NCBI RefSeq assembly: GCF_945957345.1
Contig: NZ_CAMFKW010000010.1
Coordinates: 9,231-73,230 of the forward strand
Source of the DNA: an uncultured Bosea sp.
GTDB lineage: Bacteria > Pseudomonadota > Alphaproteobacteria > Rhizobiales > Beijerinckiaceae
Length of the DNA: 64,000 bases
Direction of reading: 5' to 3'
This document shows positions 53,953 to 62,278 of this stretch, piece by piece. Both the position numbers and the translations under genes were made by a program. The notes beneath the pieces were generated by a model that saw only the letters and a list, made by a program, of their open reading frames with translations, made no database searches and was not told where the DNA came from. How positions within the stretch are numbered: the first letter of the stretch is position 1; the number at the start of each line of letters is the position of its first letter.

Positions 53953-55401
53953 GTGCCGGCCCCTGACCTGACAGACGCAGCGCCTGTCATCGTCGAAACC
54001 GACGTGCCCGCCCGGCTCGACCGCCTGCCCTGGTCGCGCTTTCACACGCTCGTGGTCGTCGCCCTCGGCATCACCTGGATCCTCGATGGGCTCGAAGTCA
54101 CGCTCGCCGGCTCGGTCTCGGGCGCCCTCAAGGAAAGCCCGGCCCTCAAATTCACCAATACCGAGATCGGCATGGCCGGTGCCGCCTATATCGCCGGCGC
54201 GGTGCTTGGCGCGGTGTTCTTCGGCTGGCTCACCGACCGGTTGGGCCGCAAGAAGCTCTTCACGATCACGGTGCTCGTTTATCTCACCGCCGCGGCAGCC
54301 ACCGCCTTCTCCTGGAATGTCTGGAGCTTCATCCTCTTTCGCTTTTTCACAGGCATGGGCATCGGCGGCGAATACACGGCGATCAACTCGACGATCCAGG
54401 AACTGGTCCCGGCCCGTGTGCGCGGCTGGACCGATCTCGTCATCAACGGCTCGTTCTGGATCGGCGCTGCGCTGGGCGCGCTCGGCGCCATCGTCCTGCT
54501 CGATCCCGCTCTGATCGCCCCCGAATATGGCTGGCGCCTCGCCTTCTTCATCGGTGCGGCGCTCGGCCTCGTCATTCTCTTCCTGCGGCAATGGATTCCG
54601 GAAAGCCCGCGCTGGCTGATCAGCCATGGTCACCCCGAGCGCGCCGCGGCGATCGTCGCCGATATCGAGCGCCGGGCCGGCTTCGTCTCGCCTGCCGGCG
54701 AGGTCCTGCCCCTGACCCGCCTGCGCCCCCGCGCCGCGACACCGCTCGGCGAGGTCTTCCGGGCGCTTTTCGTCGTCCATCGCGAGCGCGCCCTGGTCGG
54801 ACTCATGCTGATGCTGTCGCAGGCGTTCTTCTACAACGCGATCTTCTTCACCTATGCGCTGATTTTGACCGATTTCTACGCCGTGCCCTCGCAGAAGATC
54901 GGCTGGTTCATCCTGCCCTTCGCGGCCGGCAATTTCCTCGGGCCCCTTCTGATCGGCCGCTTCTTCGATACGCTCGGCCGGCGCGTCATGATCGCCGCGA
55001 CCTATGCCCTGTCGGGGCTGTTGCTGACCGGAACCGGCTACCTCTTCTGGAAGGATTGGCTCACGGCCTCGCAGCTCACGCTCTGCTGGAGCGTCGTCTT
55101 CTTCTTCGCCTCGGCCGCTGCGAGTTCCGCCTATCTCACCGTCTCCGAGACCTTCCCGGTCGAGATGCGCGCGCTCGCCATCGCGATGTTCTATGCGCTC
55201 GGCACCGGCGCGGGCGGCATCGCCGGCCCCTGGCTCTTCGGCATCCTCATCGACACCGGTTCGCGTGGCAGCGTCTTCGGCGGCTATCTGCTGGGGGCCG
55301 TCCTGATGCTGGCGGCGGCCCTGATCGCGGCGCGCTTCGCGATCCGGGCCGAGCGCCAGCCGCTCGAAAGCGTGGCGAGGCCGCTCAATGCCGTCGATTG
55401 A
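53953..55401 (+). CDS. MFS transporter (sugar/aromatic acid porter-like)
   Basis: WILDGLEV, GWLTDRLGRKK, GIGGEY, PESPRWL, DTLGRR and ETFPVEMRA. Confidence 0.9.
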   Translation: MPAPDLTDAAPVIVETDVPARLDRLPWSRFHTLVVVALGITWILDGLEVTLAGSVSGALKESPALKFTNTEIGMAGAAYIAGAVLGAVFFGWLTDRLGRKKLFTITVLVYLTAAAATAFSWNVWSFILFRFFTGMGIGGEYTAINSTIQELVPARVRGWTDLVINGSFWIGAALGALGAIVLLDPALIAPEYGWRLAFFIGAALGLVILFLRQWIPESPRWLISHGHPERAAAIVADIERRAGFVSPAGEVLPLTRLRPRAATPLGEVFRALFVVHRERALVGLMLMLSQAFFYNAIFFTYALILTDFYAVPSQKIGWFILPFAAGNFLGPLLIGRFFDTLGRRVMIAATYALSGLLLTGTGYLFWKDWLTASQLTLCWSVVFFFASAAASSAYLTVSETFPVEMRALAIAMFYALGTGAGGIAGPWLFGILIDTGSRGSVFGGYLLGAVLMLAAALIAARFAIRAERQPLESVARPLNAVD

Positions 55402-55441
55402 CGCGCCGCGCGTAACCATAGCGCGCGAAAACCGCCCCAAT

Positions 55442-55467
55442 GGAACAAAGCATCATTTAAATGCATT
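55442..55467 (+). promoter_or_regulatory. Sigma-EcfG-type promoter for Tat peptide 2
   Basis: GGAAC-N17-CATT. Confidence 0.5.
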
Positions 55468-55535
55468 ATTCCCCACCGGCATTCCCTCACTAAGAATGCT
55501 GCTGGAGATAGGGTGACAACAGCCTGGAGGCCGTC

Positions 55536-55844
55536 GTGGACAGACGCTCATTCCTGATGACACTGGTCGGTGGTTTTGCCGCAGCCGGCATGGGCGGCAT
55601 CGCCGTTGCCGAAGCGGCCCAGCCCAAGCTGGCACCGCTTCCGGACGCCGAGCCCGCCAAGGGCGAGGAAGCCGTGACCGCCGAGATGAAGGAGGCGCTC
55701 GACAAGACCGACGCCGAATTCAGCCAGTACTACTACTATCGCCGGCCGCGCTACTACCGGCGCCACTACTACCGCCCGCGCTACTACTACCGGCCGCGCT
55801 ACTACGCACGCCCGCGCTACTATTACCGCAGGCGCTACTGGTAA
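55536..55844 (+). CDS. Tat-signal small protein with Tyr/Arg-rich C-terminal tail (paralog 2)
   Basis: GTG start after GGAGG; MDRRSFL; DAEFSQ followed by a 38-aa tail with 17 Tyr and 14 Arg. Confidence 0.8.
   Translation: MDRRSFLMTLVGGFAAAGMGGIAVAEAAQPKLAPLPDAEPAKGEEAVTAEMKEALDKTDAEFSQYYYYRRPRYYRRHYYRPRYYYRPRYYARPRYYYRRRYW
55773..55826 (+). repeat. Three tandem 18-bp repeats encoding RPRYY(Y/A)
   Basis: CGCCCGCGCTACTACTAC / CGGCCGCGCTACTACGCA / CGCCCGCGCTACTATTAC. Confidence 0.8.
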
Positions 55845-55860
55845 CGGCTGAACGCCCGGG

Positions 55861-57225
55861 TCAGGCAGCGCTGATGCGCGTCTGGCCCGGCTCGGCGACC
55901 GTGATCCCCGCCGACGTATATTCGCTGAGCTTGTTGCGCAGCGTGCGGATCGAGATTCCCAGGATCTTGGCGGCATGCGTGCGGTTGCCAAGGCAGTGAT
56001 CTAGCGTATCGAGGATCAGCTCGCGCTCGACATCGGCGACGGTATGTCCGACCAGCGAGCGCGTCATCGCCTCCGCCGTTTGGGCCGCGCGTGCAGCCGG
56101 ATCGCGTGACGGGGCCGGCGCCAGCGCCTCCCCTTCCGGGCTGAGCACGGCGGTCGCCGCGATTTCCGGCCCGCTCGCCAACAGCACCGCCCGGTGCATC
56201 GTGTTCTCAAGTTCCCGCACATTGCCGCGCCACGCACTGGTGAGCAGCAGCTTGCGTGCATCGGCCGCGATCGGCCTGGGCGGCAACCCGTTCAGATCAG
56301 CATATTTCTTGGCGAAATGATCGGCCAGCGCCAGGATATCGCCCGGCCGCTCGCGCAACGCCGGCAGGCGCAGATGCACGACATTGAGCCGATAGAGCAG
56401 GTCCTCGCGGAACGAGCCTTCGCGCACGGCGTCGGCAAGGTTGCGGTTCGAGGTCGCGATGATCCGGATATCGACCTTGACCGGCTGCGTGCCGCCGACG
56501 CGGTCGATCATGCGCTCCTGCAGCGCGCGCAGAAGCTTGGCCTGCAAGCGGACATCCATTTCCGAGATTTCGTCGAGCAGCAGCGTGCCGCCATTAGCCT
56601 CCTCGAACTTGCCGATGCGGCGCGCGATAGCGCCGGTGAAGGCGCCCTTCTCATGGCCGAACAACTCGGATTCGAGCAGATTGTCGGGAATCGCGGCGCA
56701 GTTCACCGCAACGAAGGGCCGGTCCTTGCGCCCCGATTTCTGGTGGAGGTGGCGCGCAATCACCTCCTTGCCGGTGCCGCTCTCGCCGGTGACGAGCACC
56801 GGCGCTTCCGAGCGCGCGATCTGCGTGGCGAGCTGCACGACGCGCTCCATCGCCGGATCCCGCCAGATCAGGCTGGACTGGTCGGCCGCAACCGCCTCCA
56901 GCACCGCCGCGATCAATTCCGGATCGGGCGGCAGCGGCACGTATTCGCGGGCGCCAGCCTGGATTGCGGCTACGGCGGCGCGCGTATCGGTCGAGGTGCC
57001 GCAGGCAACGATCGGCGTGCGGATGCGCTCGCTGTCCAGCGCCGCGACATAAGCCGCGATCGGCTGCACGACGTCGATCATCAGCAAATCGGCACCCTTG
57101 GCGCGCAGCACGGCCAGCGTCTGGTCGAGGCTTTCCGTATGGGTCACGGCCGCGCCATGCGACATGGCGATCTTGGCGGCTGCGATGATCTGTCCCTTGA
57201 GACCGCCGGCGATGATGAGGCGCAT
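55861..57225 (-). CDS. flbD: Sigma54-dependent flagellar activator FlbD
   Basis: GESGTGKE, ELFGHEKGAFTGA, LLDEISE, FREDLLYRL and C-terminal HTH GNRTHAAKILGIS. Located directly after fliF-G-H-N. Confidence 0.9.
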   Translation of the reverse strand: MRLIIAGGLKGQIIAAAKIAMSHGAAVTHTESLDQTLAVLRAKGADLLMIDVVQPIAAYVAALDSERIRTPIVACGTSTDTRAAVAAIQAGAREYVPLPPDPELIAAVLEAVAADQSSLIWRDPAMERVVQLATQIARSEAPVLVTGESGTGKEVIARHLHQKSGRKDRPFVAVNCAAIPDNLLESELFGHEKGAFTGAIARRIGKFEEANGGTLLLDEISEMDVRLQAKLLRALQERMIDRVGGTQPVKVDIRIIATSNRNLADAVREGSFREDLLYRLNVVHLRLPALRERPGDILALADHFAKKYADLNGLPPRPIAADARKLLLTSAWRGNVRELENTMHRAVLLASGPEIAATAVLSPEGEALAPAPSRDPAARAAQTAEAMTRSLVGHTVADVERELILDTLDHCLGNRTHAAKILGISIRTLRNKLSEYTSAGITVAEPGQTRISAA

Positions 57226-57266
57226 GGCTCAGGTCCTTCCGTTCGTCGATGTCATGGGGCGGGCCG

Positions 57267-57617
57267 TCACCGGTCCGCCTTGATGATTTCCGTCATGGTC
57301 ACGCCGAGCCGGTCCTCGACGACGACAACCTCGCCGCGTGCGACCAGCCGCTCGTTGACGAAGATGTCGATCGCTTCACCGACGCGCCGGTCGAGCTCCA
57401 GCACCGCGCCGGGCACGATCTGCAAGAGGTCGCCGACCGCGACCTTCGAAGAGCCGAGCACGGCGGAGACCGTGACTGGCACGTCGAAGACCTGCTCGAG
57501 ATCCTCGGCCGTCTTGACCGGCACCGGGCCGGAACGGGCGACCGACATGTCGCCTTGGTCGAAGGACAGGTCGGCCTGGTTCAGCGGCGGCAGATTGAGA
57601 TCGTTCTCCGGGCTCAT
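57267..57617 (-). CDS. fliN: Flagellar motor switch protein FliN
   Basis: VFDVPVTVSAVLG, LELDRRVGEAIDIFVN and ARGEVVVVEDRLGV. Confidence 0.93.
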   Translation of the reverse strand: MSPENDLNLPPLNQADLSFDQGDMSVARSGPVPVKTAEDLEQVFDVPVTVSAVLGSSKVAVGDLLQIVPGAVLELDRRVGEAIDIFVNERLVARGEVVVVEDRLGVTMTEIIKADR

Positions 57618-57628
57618 GGCTCAGACCT

Positions 57629-58213
57629 TCATGGTTGGCCATGGCCGAACACGCGCGCGACCGCCTGTTCGACCAGAGCCGTGAGTTGCTGGCTGTCGAG
57701 GACGAAGCCGCCCTCCGCCCATTCGATACGCCCGTCGCCGGGCACGATGTCGGATTGCCCGAGCACGATCAGCTTGCCGGCGAAGCCGTGTTCGGCCGCG
57801 AGCTTCCGGACCAGTTCTTCGGCCGCCTCGACCATGCTCTCATGGACGCGCAGCACCAGATGCGGCGCGGTGCGGGCATGGCTCAGGCACTCGCGAACGG
57901 CCCCTTCCAGAGCGGCCAACGGCTTCTCGGCCAGCGCCGCCCCAGCCAGTGCCTTCGCCGTCGCGATCGCGACATGCGCCGCATGTTCCTCGACCGCAGC
58001 CGTACGGGCCGCCTCCTGGGCGAACAGCCGCTCGGCCGACCGCGCGAGCTGCCCCGTCAGGCCGGCAAGCTGGCCCTGCGCCTCGCGATGCGCATGGTCG
58101 ACCCCGGCGTGAAACCCCTCCGCGCGCGCGGCGGCGAGTTCGGCCTCGCCGGCAGCCTTGCGGCTGCCTTCGCGGAAGTCGGTTCCAAACATGAATTTCT
58201 TCGCGGACGTCAT
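57629..58213 (-). CDS. fliH: Flagellar assembly protein FliH
   Basis: KFMFGTDF, ARAEGFHAG and GDGRIEWAEGG. Sits between fliG and fliN. Confidence 0.85.
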   Translation of the reverse strand: MTSAKKFMFGTDFREGSRKAAGEAELAAARAEGFHAGVDHAHREAQGQLAGLTGQLARSAERLFAQEAARTAAVEEHAAHVAIATAKALAGAALAEKPLAALEGAVRECLSHARTAPHLVLRVHESMVEAAEELVRKLAAEHGFAGKLIVLGQSDIVPGDGRIEWAEGGFVLDSQQLTALVEQAVARVFGHGQP

Positions 58214-58214
58214 C

Positions 58215-59294
58215 TCAGTAAACCAACTCGTCGTCGGCGCTGCCCTTGGACAGCACGATCTCGCCCTTTTCGGCCAGGTCCTTGGTCATCTGGACGAGCG
58301 TCGTCTGAGCCTCGTCAACCTCCTTGAGGCGCAAGGGGCCCAGGGTCGCCATGTCGTCCTGCATGTTCTTGGCGGCACGCTGTGACATGGCGCCGAAGAA
58401 GAGGTCGCGCATCGACTGGCTGGCGCCCTTGAGCGCGCGCGCCAGCATGCTCTTGTCGGCCTGGCTCACCAGGGTCTGCAACCCGGCGGGATCGAGCTTG
58501 GCGAGATCGTCGAAGGTGAACATCAGGGCGCGGATGCGTTCCGCCGAATCCTGGTTCGATGCATCCAGCGCCGCGAGGAAGCGCAGCTCGGTCTGCCGGT
58601 CGAAGCCGTTGAAGATCTCGGCCATCATCTCGTGCGGATCGCGCCGGCGCGTCTGGGTCAAGGTCGAGACGAATTCGGTGCGCAGCGTGTTCTCGATATG
58701 GTCGAGCGCTTCCTTCTGCACCGATTCCAGCCGCAGCATGCGGCCGACGACTTCGATCGAGAGATCGTTCGGCAGGTTGCGCAGGACGTTGGCGGCATGC
58801 TCGGGCCGGATCTTCGACAGGATCACCGCAATGGTCTGCGGATATTCGTTCTTGAGGAAGTTCGCGAGCACCACGGCGTCGATATTGCCGAGCTTCTGCC
58901 ACATGTTGCGGCCGGCAGGCCCGCGGATCTCCTCCATGATCAGCGCGACCTGGTCGGTCGGCAGGATCTTCTCGAGCAGCGAGATGGTCCGGTCGAACGA
59001 TCCCGTCACTGCGCCGGCGCTGGAGAGCTTGCCGACGAAGTCGAGCATCAGCCTTTCGACCTCGTCGGCATCGACCGTCCCGAGCTCCGCCATGGCGCGT
59101 GTGATGATCCGGATCTCGTCATCGTCGAATTCCTGCCAGATCGCGCGGCCGTGATCCTCGCCCAGCACGAGCAAGATGACGGCGGCGCGCTGCGGGCCGC
59201 TCATCTCGGCGACGGTGGTCACGCCGAAGCCGCCGCCCTCGATGGCGTCCTGGAAACCGGAGTTCCGCGGTGCGATGGATCGGGATTCGGCCAT
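58215..59294 (-). CDS. fliG: Flagellar motor switch protein FliG
   Basis: [37 protein letters not shown] and [12 protein letters not shown]. Confidence 0.95.
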   Translation of the reverse strand: MAESRSIAPRNSGFQDAIEGGGFGVTTVAEMSGPQRAAVILLVLGEDHGRAIWQEFDDDEIRIITRAMAELGTVDADEVERLMLDFVGKLSSAGAVTGSFDRTISLLEKILPTDQVALIMEEIRGPAGRNMWQKLGNIDAVVLANFLKNEYPQTIAVILSKIRPEHAANVLRNLPNDLSIEVVGRMLRLESVQKEALDHIENTLRTEFVSTLTQTRRRDPHEMMAEIFNGFDRQTELRFLAALDASNQDSAERIRALMFTFDDLAKLDPAGLQTLVSQADKSMLARALKGASQSMRDLFFGAMSQRAAKNMQDDMATLGPLRLKEVDEAQTTLVQMTKDLAEKGEIVLSKGSADDELVY

Positions 59295-59308
59295 GGTTCA
59301 GCGCCCCG

Positions 59309-61006
59309 TCACGCGGCGGACTTCTCGTGAATCCAGCTCCGCAGAACCGCGACCGAATCGGACGGGTTCTGCGAGACCAGGACCCCGATCTTTTCCACGG
59401 ACTGTGCCTTGAGCTGGCCCTTGACCTGCGCGATCGCCAGCATCCGCTCGGAAGGCGGCGCATCAACCTCGATGGGAAGCGGCTCGCCATCGGGACCGAC
59501 CGTCACCGCCCGCACGCTGCTGGCAGGGTCGCCGGTCGCACCGGCAGGCCCGGCCAGGGCGGTGCCGCCATTGCGCATGAAGGAGGGGATCGCACGGACA
59601 TTGCTGTTGTCGGAAGCCAGTACCTGCTTCAGCAGCGGGCGCACCACCGTCATCAGCACGATCACGGTGAGCAGCGAGATGACGCCGAGTTCGGCGAAGC
59701 GGACGAGGTCCTCGCGGGTGAAGGAGGTGAGCTGCTGCAGCAGCGTCTGCTCGGCGAGTTCGGCCGGCGGCGGCGGTGCCTCGGCGAAGCGCAGGTTGAC
59801 GACCTCGACCTTGTCGCCTCGGCCCTGATCGAAGCCGACAGCCGTGCGCACGAGCTCGCCGATGCGGTCCAGTTCCTCGTTGTTGCGCGGCTGATAGGAC
59901 AGTTCGCCGGCCGGGCTGCGGGTGTAGTTGCCGTCGACGAGGACGGCGACCGAGAGCTTCTTGACCCGCCCACCTTCCAGCACCTCGGTGCGGGTCGTGC
60001 GCGAGATCTCGTAATTGGCGACTTCCTCGTTCTTCGAGGAGTTCTCGCGCTGGTTCTGCTGCGCCCCTTGCGTCTGCTGCGCGCCGGGCAACTCGTTACC
60101 GACGGTCACCGTGCCGTTGCCGCCCTCGGTCGTGGTCGAGGCCTCCGTGCGGTTCTGGCTGGAGCGCAGGACGCGGCTTTCCGGATCGTAGCTCTCGGAG
60201 CGGCTCTCGACGCGGTTGGTGTCGAGCGCAGCCGAAACCTGCACCCGCGCCCGGCCGTAGCCGACGACGCTGGCGACGATGTCCTCGACCTGCGACTTGA
60301 TGCGCTTCTCGATCGCGGTCTGGCGCTCCTCGATGCCGAGGCCGATCAGGCCCTGGTCGCTCTGGGCGCCGTCCGCCAAAAGCCGGCCGCGCTCGTCGAC
60401 GATCGAGACGCGCTCGGGCTTCAGGCCATCGACGGCCGAGGCGACGAGATGGCGCACGGCCCGGACCTGCGCGGCGTCGAGATCGCCCGCGAGCTTGAGC
60501 GCGATCGAGGCGCGCGGCGGCTCGCGGTCGCGCTCGAACAGGCGCCGCTCGGGAATGACGAGATGGACGCGCGCCGACTGCACCCGGCCGATCGAGCGGA
60601 TGGTGCGCGACAGTTCGCCCTCGAGCGCGCGGAGATGATTGATGTTCTGGACGAAGCTGGTCGAGGAGAAGGCGTCGCCCTTGTCGAAGATCTCGTAGCC
60701 GACGCCGCCGCCGGCCGGGATACCCTTGCTGGCGAGGTCGAGGCGCAGGCGCGGCACATCGGCCTTCGGCACCAGCACCGTCTGCCCGTCGCCGCGGAGC
60801 TCATATTTGATGCCGCGCGCGTCGAGATCCTTGAGGATGGCGCTGACATCCTGGCTTCCCAGATCCGAGAACAGCACGCTCATCGCCGGCTGGGACATCC
60901 GCAGCATGACGAAGCCGAAGAAGCCGACGAGCACCAGCGTGACGGCCAGCATGGCCGCCAGGCGCGCCGCTCCGAATTTGGCAAACTGCTCGATCAGGCC
61001 GTTCAC
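59309..61006 (-). CDS. fliF: Flagellar MS-ring protein FliF
   Basis: GVGYEIFD, RALEGELSRTI, SARVHLVIPER, NYEISR and KKLSVAVLVDG. GTG start at 61006. Confidence 0.95.
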   Translation of the reverse strand: MNGLIEQFAKFGAARLAAMLAVTLVLVGFFGFVMLRMSQPAMSVLFSDLGSQDVSAILKDLDARGIKYELRGDGQTVLVPKADVPRLRLDLASKGIPAGGGVGYEIFDKGDAFSSTSFVQNINHLRALEGELSRTIRSIGRVQSARVHLVIPERRLFERDREPPRASIALKLAGDLDAAQVRAVRHLVASAVDGLKPERVSIVDERGRLLADGAQSDQGLIGLGIEERQTAIEKRIKSQVEDIVASVVGYGRARVQVSAALDTNRVESRSESYDPESRVLRSSQNRTEASTTTEGGNGTVTVGNELPGAQQTQGAQQNQRENSSKNEEVANYEISRTTRTEVLEGGRVKKLSVAVLVDGNYTRSPAGELSYQPRNNEELDRIGELVRTAVGFDQGRGDKVEVVNLRFAEAPPPPAELAEQTLLQQLTSFTREDLVRFAELGVISLLTVIVLMTVVRPLLKQVLASDNSNVRAIPSFMRNGGTALAGPAGATGDPASSVRAVTVGPDGEPLPIEVDAPPSERMLAIAQVKGQLKAQSVEKIGVLVSQNPSDSVAVLRSWIHEKSAA

Positions 61007-61060
61007 GCCGCCATCCGTCCCACAGAATCGCGGGGTACGGCACACCTGTCCCGCCCCACT

Positions 61061-61099
61061 AGGCAAGTTTTTCCCGGTGCATGGTTAGCGGCTGGTTAA
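61061..61099 (-). promoter_or_regulatory. Class II flagellar promoter of fliF: CtrA box plus ftr-like element
   Basis: Minus strand TTAA-CCAGCCG-CTAA (61085-61099) and AGGCAAGTTTTTCCCG (61061-61076), spaced exactly as at flhA. Confidence 0.65.
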
Positions 61100-61208
61100 T
61101 TTTTCCGGGCCAGGCGTTAACTTTATCGCAAAGCCTGACGCGCAAACGCCAAAGGCGCCGGCCTTGTTCGGGCCGACGCCTTTGAAAAGAAACGAGAATA
61201 TCTGCTTC

Positions 61209-61484
61209 TTACTGGCGGTAGTGCTGGATCCGGGTCGTCCGCAGGCCGGCGAGGCCGTGCTGGTCGATCGACATCTGCCAGCTCAGGAACTCGTCGACGG
61301 TCAGCGTATAGCGCTGGCACGCCTCTTCGAGGCTCAGCAGCCCGCCGCGCACGGCAGCCACCACCTCGGCCTTTCGCCGGATGACCCAGCGCCTGGTATT
61401 CATCGGGGGCAGGTCCGCGATCGTCAGCGGACTTCCGTCCGGTCCGATCACGTACTTCACCCGCGGTCGCAATGGCTCGGTCAT
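61209..61484 (-). CDS. sciP: CtrA inhibitor SciP (DUF1153)
   Basis: MTEPLRPRVKYVIGPDGSPLTIADLPP..TRRWVIRRKAEVVAAVRGGLLSLEEACQRY..GLRTTRIQHYR. Confidence 0.95.
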   Translation of the reverse strand: MTEPLRPRVKYVIGPDGSPLTIADLPPMNTRRWVIRRKAEVVAAVRGGLLSLEEACQRYTLTVDEFLSWQMSIDQHGLAGLRTTRIQHYRQ

Positions 61485-61537
61485 GGTACTCTCACACAAC
61501 TCAACAGAGCTACTGAGGGCAGCATAAGAGGCTGGCT

Positions 61538-61552
61538 TTAAGAATTGGCTAA
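61538..61552. promoter_or_regulatory. CtrA box upstream of sciP
   Basis: TTAA-GAATTGG-CTAA (one mismatch). Confidence 0.6.
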
Positions 61553-61591
61553 AACGATCGCCTCGGATGTCCACGACTGATTCGCCGCTGC

Positions 61592-62263
61592 TCAATCGCC
61601 GCGCACCACGCTCTTGACCTTGTCGATCGGCACCGTGATCGAGCCGATCTTGAGCATCGGGATCGACGAGGTGAAGTCGACGCCGTCGACCACGCCGCTG
61701 ACCTGCGTCTTCGCCGTGACGCTCTCGCCCAGCACATTCTTGGCGTCGATCGAGATGCTGTACTCGCCATCCGGCGCGGTGGTGCCGAGCGAGGTCGAGC
61801 CGTCCCAGCTGAAGGTCTGATCGCCAGCGGTCAGCGTCCGGGTCATCGTCTGGACGACGCTGCCGCTGGAGTTCTTGATGGTGATCGTGCCGGTGCCGGC
61901 CGAAGCCATGTTGACCTTCCAGTCGGCCTTGCCGTTGGCCAGTCGCGTCGTGGTGCCGTCGGCCGTGATCGTCGAGCCGATGAAGCCGACCGCGTTCGTC
62001 GCCGTCCCCGCCGCGCTGAGGCTGAGCAGGGAGCCCAGCGTCTCATTGGTCTTGAGCTGCTGCTCGACGCCGGCGAACTGCACGAGCTGCTGGGTGAACT
62101 GGTTGGTGTCGAGCGGGTCCAGCGGCGACTGGTTCTTGAGCTGCGTCGTCAGCAGCGTCAGGAACTGGTCGAAATTATTGGCGATGCCGCTCGTGGTGCC
62201 GGTCACACCGCTGGAGCTGGTGCCCGATGTGCCGGAAGTGCCTGATGTTCCGGAAACAGCCAT
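61592..62263 (-). CDS. flgD: Flagellar hook capping protein FlgD
   Basis: FLTLLTTQLKNQSPLDPLDTNQFTQQLVQFAGVEQQ and FSWDG. Confidence 0.94.
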   Translation of the reverse strand: MAVSGTSGTSGTSGTSSSGVTGTTSGIANNFDQFLTLLTTQLKNQSPLDPLDTNQFTQQLVQFAGVEQQLKTNETLGSLLSLSAAGTATNAVGFIGSTITADGTTTRLANGKADWKVNMASAGTGTITIKNSSGSVVQTMTRTLTAGDQTFSWDGSTSLGTTAPDGEYSISIDAKNVLGESVTAKTQVSGVVDGVDFTSSIPMLKIGSITVPIDKVKSVVRGD

Positions 62264-62278
62264 GGCGCTTGTCCTCGT

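Noticed and set aside
57100-57225. FlbD receiver lacks the N-terminal acidic pair (MRLIIAGG)
   Set aside because: An atypical receiver is a known feature of FlbD orthologs, so it is not novel.
62215-62263. SGT repeats at the FlgD N-terminus
   Set aside because: A short low-complexity linker with synonymous variation. Variable Ser/Thr-rich N-termini are common in FlgD.
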